Below are positions 43,719-51,779 of a stretch of 64,000 bases of DNA, piece by piece. The position numbers were made by a program, and so were the translations under genes. The stretch covers positions 14,462-78,461 of the forward strand of contig JBBRYA010000003.1 of the NCBI GenBank assembly GCA_038238015.1. The letters run 5' to 3'. Positions within the stretch are counted from its first letter, which is position 1, and each line of letters opens with the position of its first letter. The notes under the pieces are model-generated. The model was given only the letters and a program-made list of their open reading frames with translations. It ran no database searches and had not been told where the DNA came from. The stretch is from Solirubrobacterales bacterium (GTDB lineage: Bacteria; Actinomycetota; Thermoleophilia; Solirubrobacterales; Solirubrobacteraceae).

Positions 43719-43950
43719 GCCGGCCTGTCAAGGGCACCCACCCTCGACACCGGCTGCGAAGCGACCCAGCGAGCTCGCCGACCACCTCAGGGTCGTCAAG
43801 CGGCGGCCGCGGGCACAGGTGGCCGAGCAGGAGATCGCCGAGGCAGGCCGAGTCGTCGGCTCCACGCCCGGCGCCTTCCCGTCGTGGGGATGGATCTGCT
43901 CGAGAAGTACTGGCTGAGCCCGACCAACGGGGTGGATGAGAACGGGAACT

Positions 43951-44670
43951 TCAGCCGCGCGGCGAAGCCCGTTTTGCCGAAGCCTGGCGCGCTGGAGCCC
44001 GCGACGGCGGCGGAGATGCCGCGGATGCGCCGGCTTCTGCCGGCTTCGTCTTGCTCAGCGACGAGAGCTCCCATAGCCCGAGGCTCTTGTCGGAGTGGGG
44101 CTGCGCGGGGTCATAGACCCGCTCGGGGAGCAACATGAGCGGTGGCGGAAAGTCGAACGGCGGCCGCTGCAGGTTGATCGGCCGCCACCCCCCGGTTGAG
44201 CCGGGGCTGTTCTTCTCCTGGGCGTAAAACGTAGTCGCCAGAAGGTAGGCGATGCCGGCCTCGCGGAAGTGCTCGATCGCCTGCATGGCGTCGTCTTCGA
44301 CGAGATGGACCAAGCAGTCCCGGCACAGTGCGAGATCAGCCTGCGGCAACTGGTCGCGCGTGATATCCCCGACCTGAAAGGACACTCGATCGGAGGCGTA
44401 CCGCTGATTCGCGTCGATCAGCGCTGGCACGATGTCAACGCCGATGTAGCGATCGAGAGCTCCGAGCTGGTCCTGAAACCAGTTGAAGTCACCGCACGGA
44501 GCGTCGAGGAGCACGTGCGCGTCCACGGCGCGGAGCACGAACGGGAGCGCGCGCCGGAGGAAGGCGGTCGCGGGAAGCGAAGCCCCGGGTCCAGAGGGAG
44601 TGCCTCCCTTCCACTTGTTCGTCTCGTAGATCGCGGTGAACTGCGCTGCGAGGCCCTCTGGACGACTCAT
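43951..44670 (-). CDS. class I SAM-dependent methyltransferase
   Basis: LLDAPCGDFNW..., DLALCRDCLVHL and ...INLQRPPFDFPPP...DKSLGLW. ATG 44670 overlaps the upstream GT4 stop (ATGA). The low-complexity C-terminal tail may be read-through. Confidence 0.8.
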   Translation of the reverse strand: MSRPEGLAAQFTAIYETNKWKGGTPSGPGASLPATAFLRRALPFVLRAVDAHVLLDAPCGDFNWFQDQLGALDRYIGVDIVPALIDANQRYASDRVSFQVGDITRDQLPQADLALCRDCLVHLVEDDAMQAIEHFREAGIAYLLATTFYAQEKNSPGSTGGWRPINLQRPPFDFPPPLMLLPERVYDPAQPHSDKSLGLWELSSLSKTKPAEAGASAASPPPSRAPARQASAKRASPRG

Positions 44671-45779
44671 GGCGGCGTCGGGCTGCAAGCGGCTTCGCAT
44701 GCGCGCGACACGCCCTCTGCCGCGGTCCGCCAGTTGAAACGCTCGAGGATCACCTCCCTGCCCTTCGCGCCCTTCTCGACAGCTTCCGACTGGTTCGCGT
44801 ATGCGCTCCGCATTGCTGCTCTTGCGGCCGCGGCGTCGGGCTCGTGGTACGTGATGCCGGGCTCGCCGTAGGCGTTTCGGAAGCCCGCAGCGAACGGGTC
44901 GTCGTCGCCAAGCGCCAGCACCTCGAGCTCACGCGTCGGCAGGAGGTAGCCCAGCTCGTCGTTGAGGTACTCGGCCATGCCGGTCGAGTTAGGGGCGACC
45001 ACGGGCTTGCCACAGAGGAGCGCCTCCGTGAGCGGCATGCACCAGCCTTCCCCGCGGCTCATTGTTACGATGCAGTCGACGCGGTTGTAGGTTCGGCACA
45101 TCCACGGGGGCGACTGCGGACGCGTGAGCATCCGGACATGAGCGAGTGGCCGGTGCGCCTGGATGTCACGAAGCAAGTAGTTGAACTCGTCGCCCATGCC
45201 CGTACAAAGGAGCCAAAGCTCTACGGGCTCGCGCTCGCTGAACTCGTCTAGGTACGCCGCAAGGAGTAGATCGACGCCCTTGCGGTAGCTGAAGCTGCCG
45301 ACGAACAGGAACGTGAAGCGGTCCGATCCCTCCGGCCGCCATTCCGGGACCGGTCGGAAGACGGCCGGGTTGGAGCCCTGCGGCGCGACGTGCACGTTCG
45401 GCAGCTCTCGGGCGAATACTTCCAGGTCATACTGACCGGGGACGATGCACCCATCTGCGCGGTGGAGGGCCTCCACCCACTCGCGTCTGAGCCCTCCGAG
45501 CGCGTTCTGCGTGTAGATCAGGCTGGGCGAGCGGAACTGGCGGCTGGCCGCCGGGCTGCCGATCTGGAGCACCAGGTCGGCGTCGGGCGGAGCTGCCGCG
45601 GCGGGGAGCCCTTGGAGGCGCTCCGCATTGCCGGGTTCGATCTGATCCCACGCGCGGTCGCCGTCTTGACGGATCACCTCATGCCCCAGCTCGTGAAGGC
45701 CAAGCGTCAGGTGACGGGCGAGCGCGCCGTACCCCGTCAGTGATCGGTGCCGGAGGCCGTCATGCACGTAGATGCGCAC
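44667..45779 (-). CDS. glycosyltransferase family 4
   Basis: GT-B layout with C-terminal ...MSRGEGWCMPLTEALLCGKPVVAPN. GTG start. Confidence 0.85.
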   Translation of the reverse strand: MRIYVHDGLRHRSLTGYGALARHLTLGLHELGHEVIRQDGDRAWDQIEPGNAERLQGLPAAAAPPDADLVLQIGSPAASRQFRSPSLIYTQNALGGLRREWVEALHRADGCIVPGQYDLEVFARELPNVHVAPQGSNPAVFRPVPEWRPEGSDRFTFLFVGSFSYRKGVDLLLAAYLDEFSEREPVELWLLCTGMGDEFNYLLRDIQAHRPLAHVRMLTRPQSPPWMCRTYNRVDCIVTMSRGEGWCMPLTEALLCGKPVVAPNSTGMAEYLNDELGYLLPTRELEVLALGDDDPFAAGFRNAYGEPGITYHEPDAAAARAAMRSAYANQSEAVEKGAKGREVILERFNWRTAAEGVSRACEAACSPTPP

Positions 45780-45882
45780 GCGCGCACCCTAGCTGTGCGT
45801 GGAGGGAAGGGCGGCCATGAGCCGAGCGAGCTTCGACCCAAGCGCACTGGCACGACCCGCTCCAGACGCCGGGGCCTGTTCC

Positions 45883-46782
45883 TCAGCGGGCATGAGCTGC
45901 TGACGCCAGCTCCTGCTCCGGCAGGTACGACAGAGAGAAGGACGATGCCTGGAGCCGCGCCGGCGGGGACGTGGTGCGCGCTCGCAGGCAGACGTTGATG
46001 ACTTCCGCCCATGTCGCGTCGCCGACGCTGCCGAGCATCTCCGACTCGCGCGAGACGGTCACTGAGACGGTCCGGGCGGGCAGCAACTGAGTCCAGAAGA
46101 AGCTCCGGTGATCCTTAGTGCGAAACAGCAGTTGCGCCTGTAGGTCGGCGCTTTTCGTTTTGACCGCAAGGTCGAAGTGGAAGTGATGCGGGAGCGCGAC
46201 GTTCGCGACCAACGTCAGTTCGTGCCAGCGCTCCGTCTCGGTGAGAGTCAGCCTCGCGGGCTTCGGAAGCAGCTTGCGACTCACGTGGTGCTGTCGCAGT
46301 GACGGCAGGTCGAACGGGATGGGCTGCCGGTCGCTGACGACCGTGGTCCGCGGCCTCGCGTTGGCGTCATCCAGGCGGTAACGGAAGTCTGAGAGCAGCG
46401 GCTCGAAACCGTAGTGCGCGGCGTGCTCAGTGTCGTGGACCACGATGAACTGCGCGTTGCTTCGGAGACGCAAGATCGCCGGGACACGATCATGGCCCGG
46501 GGCCTGGTCGACGAACGCGACGTCCCAGGGCTCGTCGAGCAGCTCGAACCGTCGCCAGTCTTCCACAAGCAGGAGCTCATGGTTCGGCGACTCGAGGTAA
46601 CGGAACCGATCCATCCAGACGCCGCTGTTGTCCGCGGTGACCAGGCGTCGGCCGGCGCACGCGGTGTGGAGGATCGGAGTGCTGCCGTAGCCGCTGCCGA
46701 GCTCGAGCACGGGGCCGCCCGTATGGGCGACGGAGCCGAGCAGGACTGGCAGGTGCGTACCAAATGCTGTCGCTGGGTCCAC
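45883..46782 (-). CDS. hypothetical protein; N-terminal half resembles a class I methyltransferase fold
   Basis: VLELGSGYGST (motif I-like) and ...DVAFVDQAPGH...FIVVHDTEH. The C-terminal ~140 aa has no recognised motif. Confidence 0.6.
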   Translation of the reverse strand: MDPATAFGTHLPVLLGSVAHTGGPVLELGSGYGSTPILHTACAGRRLVTADNSGVWMDRFRYLESPNHELLLVEDWRRFELLDEPWDVAFVDQAPGHDRVPAILRLRSNAQFIVVHDTEHAAHYGFEPLLSDFRYRLDDANARPRTTVVSDRQPIPFDLPSLRQHHVSRKLLPKPARLTLTETERWHELTLVANVALPHHFHFDLAVKTKSADLQAQLLFRTKDHRSFFWTQLLPARTVSVTVSRESEMLGSVGDATWAEVINVCLRARTTSPPARLQASSFSLSYLPEQELASAAHAR

Positions 46783-47183
46783 GAGCGCGGGCGCAGACTA
46801 CTCGAGTTAGCAGCAGCGCGGCGCGATCGGGAAGCACACGTAGTCGGGCCTACGGTGGGGTAGCGCACGACCGTCGCCAATGCGTGAAAGGAGCGGCCGG
46901 CTGGAGCCCAGCGATCCTCGGCCCGACGACCCCCGCGATCCCGATCATGGCGCCCCGCCAGATTCTCGACAACTTCAGCCGTGCCACCCAGACTCACACC
47001 GGGTCGGCGGTCGACTGGCTCGCCCAGTTCCCCGATGCAATTCCAGCCTTCCGCGCTCACCGAGGCCGAGAAGCGTCGTATCGCGGCCAGTCCACCCGGT
47101 CTGGGTCCGTGTATACGCGTCCCAGGCTGCTGTCGCGCGAGGGACCAATTCGTTTGGAAGACCTGGGCTCGTGCAGGCGTGAC

Positions 47184-47873
47184 ATGGTACGCAGGGCCTA
47201 TGCTGGAGCGGCTTTGGAGGAGCCCGGCCGCCCCGACGAGAGCTCGCCCGCATCCCAAGACAACCGCTGGTGTTGCATCTGTAACGCAAGCCAGCGGCGT
47301 GACCATGCGGGCCGGCGACTTGCGCATTGCCCGGTGTGTGATGCGCTCGAGCGCCACCGGGCGCTTGCGCTCGCATTCATACCGGAACTGGACCACGGAG
47401 GCGACCGGCGCTGTTTGGAGATCGCCCCGGTGAGCCCGACCTGCTTCAAGCAGTATCTCCGCGCTCGCGGTTGGCAGCATGTAAGCGTCGACAAGTGGCG
47501 GACCGGGAACCCGCACGACCACCGGGACGTCGGGTTCGTCGACATCGAGGTGGACATTGCCGACATGCGCCTTTTCGCTGCTGGCGCATTTGATCTCGTC
47601 ATCGCACAACACGTCATCGAGGAGGTTCCCGACGCCTATCGGGCGCTCGACGAGGTGCGGCGTGTACTCAGCGCCGGCGGCCTCGCTCTGCTTGAGATCC
47701 CGCACGACAAGGGTCTTGAGAGGTCGGCGTCCCAGACACCGAATCACTTTGGCAACCTGTGGTCCTTCGGCCGCGATCTTCTCGACGAACTCGGCAAGCG
47801 ATTTAACGCGGTTGAGTCTCGCGCCCTACGGGAGGGGGACTACCGAGGCGAGATCTTCGCCTGTCACGTCTGA
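47184..47873 (+). CDS. class I SAM-dependent methyltransferase with N-terminal CxxC...CxxC zinc-ribbon
   Basis: WCCICN...HCPVCD, then LEIAP...FDLVIAQHVIEEVPD...LSAGGLALLEIP. Codon usage is visibly more A/T-ending than in neighbours. An alternative in-frame ATG lies at 46947. Confidence 0.7.
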   Translation: MVRRAYAGAALEEPGRPDESSPASQDNRWCCICNASQRRDHAGRRLAHCPVCDALERHRALALAFIPELDHGGDRRCLEIAPVSPTCFKQYLRARGWQHVSVDKWRTGNPHDHRDVGFVDIEVDIADMRLFAAGAFDLVIAQHVIEEVPDAYRALDEVRRVLSAGGLALLEIPHDKGLERSASQTPNHFGNLWSFGRDLLDELGKRFNAVESRALREGDYRGEIFACHV

Positions 47874-47886
47874 GACGGCTTCTCCA

Positions 47887-48893
47887 ATGCTCCGCCGCTT
47901 CCTCGCCGCCCTTGCCGCCACGCTTCTCCTGGCCGCCCCAGTCGGCGCCCTCTCCTCCCCCAAGAAGGGCATCTGGGGTCCCGCGCGCGTTGGCGGCGTC
48001 TCGCAGTTCCCGATCTACAAGGAGCTCGGGGCCCGAGTCTACAACTCGAGCCTGAACTGGAGCGCGATTGCGCCGAAGCAGCCGGCCGATGCGGCGGCCG
48101 AGGCGCAGAAGTCGGCGATCAAGGTCGCGCTGCTGGTCACGCAGTCGCCGCCGTGGGCGAACGGGGGCAAGCTGAGCCAGTGGGTTCCGCGGGCGGCTGA
48201 CTGGGCGGACTTTCTGGTCGCGGCGGCTCGGCGCTACCCGACGGTGCACGACTGGATCATGTGGGGGGAGCCGACGCGGGCGGCGAACTTCCAGCCGATC
48301 CCGGCGACGCATCCTTCGCGGCCGCTTCCGGCCAAGGGGAAGCGCACGGTCCAGCTCTACGCGGGGCTGCTCGACGCGGGCTACGGCGCGCGCAAGGGCG
48401 TCAGCTCGCGCAACGTCGTGATCGGCGGCAACAGCTTCACCGGCGGGGACATCTCGCCCTTCAACTGGATTCGCTACATGCGGCTGCCCAACGGCAAGCG
48501 CCCGCGGATGGACCTCTACGGCCACAACCCGTTCACGCTGCGCCGCCCGCGGCTGTCGGACCCGAGCGTCAGCGCGGCTACCGGACTTCTCCGACCTCGA
48601 TGCGCTGGCGGGCTGGCTGGATCGCTACTTCGGCAAGGACCCGCGCGGGAAGCCGATGCGGATCTGGCTTGGGGAGTTCGTGCTGCCGACCGACCATCGC
48701 AAACTTCGAGTTCAACTTCTACGTCAGCCGCAGGGCCCAGGCCTCGTGGCTGACCGACGCGCTGAAGATCACGCGGCGCTGGTCGCGGATCGCCGCACTG
48801 AACTGGCTTGGGCTCTACGACGACGCGCGGGGCCCCCGGGGGGCGACGAGGTCACCGCGGGCTGATCGACGCCCAGGGCCGGCGCAAGCCGTC
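47887..48893 (+). pseudogene. frameshifted, 3'-truncated paralog of the secreted GH-A-like hydrolase at 19871..20938
   Basis: An intact signal peptide and IMWGEPT lie in one frame. DFSDLDALAGWLDRYFGKDPRGKPMRIWLGEFVLPTDH lies in a second frame. ANFEFNFYVSRRAQASWLTDAL...[10 protein letters not shown] lies in a third, and [12 protein letters not shown] in yet another. The last ~10 codons are missing. Confidence 0.75.
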
Positions 48894-48896
48894 CTT

Positions 48897-48974
48897 AAGG
48901 CGGCTCATCAGCGATCCGCCTCCGATCCCGGTGAGGCCGACGAAGCTGCCGACGCCGAGGCCGAACATGATCAC
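48897..48974 (-). pseudogene. about 26-codon N-terminal remnant of a TauE/SafE-like permease gene
   Basis: [23 protein letters not shown] is the typical first helix plus GxGGG motif of this family. It then loses similarity at the junction with the hydrolase pseudogene. This is a very short fragment. Confidence 0.3.
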
Positions 48975-48993
48975 GAGCGGGTCCAGCGGGTGG

Positions 48994-49242
48994 ATGCTCG
49001 CCGCCGACGAACTAAGATCGCCCCCCAGCGCGGACGTCGCCCTCACCAGCGAGCCTGCGGCGCTGCCGCACGAGCTGTCGCACCTGCGGACGCTCGAGGC
49101 CGAGGCAATCCACAGCATCCGCGAGGTCGCCGCCGAGCTCGAGCGCCCGCTGTTCTCCGGCGGCAAGGACTCGATCGTTCTCCTGCACCTGCGCGCAAGG
49201 CCTTCCGGCCCGGAGGGCTTCCGTTCCCGCTGATGCACGTCT
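48994..49242 (+). pseudogene. cysD: N-terminal remnant of sulfate adenylyltransferase subunit 2 (cysD), frameshifted and truncated
   Basis: [41 protein letters not shown], then after a frameshift [17 protein letters not shown] (PAPS-reductase-like SGGKDS motif). Similarity ends at about 49242. Confidence 0.6.
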
Positions 49243-49377
49243 CTTGGCGGGTGCCGAACCCTCACAGCACCACCGGACCATCAAACCCACCGCGCATTTG
49301 GTCTAGAGCGTTTGACGATGCTCCGTAACCGCGCGCGCGACTCCTGACCAGCCGTCAGACCCCGCGCGTGACGGGAC

Positions 49378-51300
49378 CTATGTGGCCAGCAGCTTCTGGT
49401 CCGCATCCACCATCAGCCGGATCAGCTCCTCGAAGGAAACCCTCGGCGTCCACCCCAGCTCCCGCTCAGCCTTCGCCGCATCCCCCACCAGCAGGTCAAC
49501 CTCCGCCGGCCGCTTGAACGCGTCGTCGATCCGCACGTACGGCTCCCACTCGAGCCCCACATGGTCGAACGCCACTTCCACGCACCGCCGGACCGTGTTG
49601 GTCTCGCCAGTCGCGATCACGTAATCCTGCGGCGTGTCCTGCTGGAGCATCATCCACATCGCCTCGACGTAGTCGAGCGCGTAGCCCCAGTCGCGCTTGG
49701 CATCGAGATTGCCTAGAGCAAGCGAGTCGCGCAGCCCCAGCTTGATGGCCGCCGCATGCCAGGAGATCTTGCGGGTCACGAACTCCAGCCCGCGGCGGGG
49801 AGAGTTGTGAACGACGAGCCGGCCGATGCCGGCGCAGAAGAGGCCGCTCTCAGTCTCGACGTCAAAGACCCATTCGGAGCGTTCAGGGGCCACCTCGACA
49901 ACGCGCCGCACCTCGGCCGGGTCGCGGCGCAGATGCTGGCCCTTGGCACCGACACGGACAGCGCTTGGGAGATTGAGCAGGTAGTAGCAGCGGTCTCCAC
50001 GGTGCTCCGCATAGACCGACGGCGTCCGATCGCGCAGTCCATATAGCCAGCACAGGCCTTGAGCGAGCACGGGCGAGTTGGTCTTCACGGCTTCGCCGTT
50101 GCCGCGCTTGAGCCCGTCGCCCGCGTAGTAGCCCTTGAGGAAGGCATCCTGCGCCTCTGCGGAGGCGTTGAGCACGAGTGGCGGCACCTGCTTGAGGCCA
50201 GTGCGGGTGTACAGCTGCTGCCTCAACCAGCTGTGCAGGGGCCCGGCGCCGCCCATGAAGGTCTTCGACCAGAGGTTGGCCACGAGCATCTGCAGGCCTG
50301 GGTCGTTGTTGGTGAACTGGATGGCGTGGTCGCCGATGTAGCCGTCTGCGGCCAACAGACCGAGCAGCTCGCCGAGCTCAGGAGTAACCGCGGTCCACTC
50401 GCCGGTGCCCGGCCAGTCGAGTGACATGCCGAGCTTGTCGCCGTCTGTGACCTCGTCGGCTCGCAGGGGGTCGTGTTCCTCGTCGATCATCGTGTGGTGA
50501 GCGGTGGTCTGAACGATGCCGCCGCGGGCTTCGATGGAGAGCAGCCGGTGGTCGGGGTCGGTCACTCGCCGACGGGTCGCCGTGATCGCCTTCAGCTCGG
50601 TCCAGTTTGCGCCGTCCCAGATCTCCAGAAGGAGGTCAGCGGGTAGGGCATGGCTCTGAACGCTTCTTCCCTTGCGAAGGAGCGGTATCAGGTCAGCCGG
50701 TGTGACGACCTGCACCAAGCCCTTGCGGCGCACCATCAACGGGGTCGCCTCCGCCACGCACTCGTGGTTGAAGAGGATCCCGGAGCACAGCGCCATGTCG
50801 TAGGACTCGCGGTAGTTGACCGTGATGTGGTGGCCGTAGACCTTCGCGACGCCATAGGGCGAGCGCGGGTAGAAGGGCGTGTCCTCGTTCTGGGGCGTCT
50901 GGCGGACCTTGCCGAACATCTCGCTCGATGACGCCTGGTAGAAGCGCGCCTCCGGGGCGGCTTCGCGCACCGCCTCGAGCAGCCGCGTCACGCCGACCCC
51001 GGTGAACTCGGCGGTCAGCGTGGGCTGCACCCACGAGGCGGCGACGAAGGACATCGCGGCGAGGTTGTAGATCTCGTCGGGCTTGGCGGCGCGCAGCGTG
51101 TCGACGAGCGAGCGCTGGTCGAGCAGGTCGCCCTGGTGCAGGGTCACGCGCTCGCGGATCTGCTCGATGCGCTCGAACTTCTCCGTCGAGGAGCGGCGGA
51201 CCATGCCGTGGACCTCGTAGCCCTTCTCGAGCAGGAGCTCGGCCAGGTAGGAGCCGTCCTGGCCGGTGATCCCGGTGATCAGTGCGTGTTTGGGCGACAT
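49378..51300 (-). CDS. gmd: GDP-mannose 4,6-dehydratase interrupted by an intein
   Basis: Host motifs are ALITGITGQDGSYLAELLL, QASSSEMFG and SPYGVAKVY. GILFNHE / SPRRG...FVTRKI is split by a 319-aa insert. The exteins total 321 aa. Confidence 0.9.
   Translation of the reverse strand: MSPKHALITGITGQDGSYLAELLLEKGYEVHGMVRRSSTEKFERIEQIRERVTLHQGDLLDQRSLVDTLRAAKPDEIYNLAAMSFVAASWVQPTLTAEFTGVGVTRLLEAVREAAPEARFYQASSSEMFGKVRQTPQNEDTPFYPRSPYGVAKVYGHHITVNYRESYDMALCSGILFNHECVAEATPLMVRRKGLVQVVTPADLIPLLRKGRSVQSHALPADLLLEIWDGANWTELKAITATRRRVTDPDHRLLSIEARGGIVQTTAHHTMIDEEHDPLRADEVTDGDKLGMSLDWPGTGEWTAVTPELGELLGLLAADGYIGDHAIQFTNNDPGLQMLVANLWSKTFMGGAGPLHSWLRQQLYTRTGLKQVPPLVLNASAEAQDAFLKGYYAGDGLKRGNGEAVKTNSPVLAQGLCWLYGLRDRTPSVYAEHRGDRCYYLLNLPSAVRVGAKGQHLRRDPAEVRRVVEVAPERSEWVFDVETESGLFCAGIGRLVVHNSPRRGLEFVTRKISWHAAAIKLGLRDSLALGNLDAKRDWGYALDYVEAMWMMLQQDTPQDYVIATGETNTVRRCVEVAFDHVGLEWEPYVRIDDAFKRPAEVDLLVGDAAKAERELGWTPRVSFEELIRLMVDADQKLLAT
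49804..50760 (-). mobile_element. intein (319 aa) with LAGLIDADG homing-endonuclease motifs, inside gmd
   Basis: It starts with Cys (CVAEATPLMV) right after ...FNHE. Block B is VQTTAHHTMI. The LAGLIDADG motifs are LLGLLAADGYIG and FLKGYYAGDGL. It ends VFDVETESGLFCAGIGRLVVHN followed by +1 Ser. Confidence 0.85.
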
Positions 51301-51449
51301 TCCCGTATCGCATCACAACGGCAGGCGCGACTGCGTGCACAGCGTCAGGCGCGGTCGAAGAACTCCTCCACCTTTCCTGAAAGGCGCGCGCGTCGATTTA
51401 CGGGCTCCCTCCAATGCGACGTCGGATCTGACATATACACTTGCACTTC

Positions 51450-51779
51450 ATGACGCCCGGATCCCTGCTTCGTGACGCGCGTGCGCGCCACCGGCTCTCG
51501 CAGCAGGCCCTCGCCGGCAGGGCTCGCACGACGCAGAAGCAGGTCAGCCGGATCGAGAACGACGAGATCTCGCCGTCCGTGCGCACACTCGAGCGGCTGT
51601 TGGCGGTGATGGGCGAGCGGCTCGAGATCCGGGCGGTGGCCGGTCCTCGCGACAACCGCTCAGACGCCGAGGTGCTGGCCGACGCGCAGGCGCTGACGGG
51701 CTCCGAGCGGGTGGCCGCGGCCGCAGCGCTCAGCCATACGCTGACTGCTGTCGCGGCCGGCCGCGTCCACCGCACGTGA
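51450..51779 (+). CDS. XRE-family helix-turn-helix protein (antitoxin-like)
   Basis: LRDARARHRLSQQALAGRARTTQKQVSRIENDEISPSVRTLERLL is a canonical HTH_3. The stop overlaps the next gene's GTG (GTGA). The ORF-track TTG at 51441 is also possible. Confidence 0.8.
   Translation: MTPGSLLRDARARHRLSQQALAGRARTTQKQVSRIENDEISPSVRTLERLLAVMGERLEIRAVAGPRDNRSDAEVLADAQALTGSERVAAAAALSHTLTAVAAGRVHRT

Noticed and set aside
43596-44138. 180-aa plus-strand ORF spanning the gap upstream of the methyltransferase remnant.
   Set aside because: It is low complexity and overlaps the 3' end of the minus-strand methyltransferase gene. It has no motifs and poor third-position bias.
47887-48893. Programmed ribosomal frameshifting in the hydrolase paralog.
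   Set aside because: At least three shifts in different directions plus a missing 3' end fit decay or sequencing error, not a programmed site. No slippery heptamer or structure is evident.
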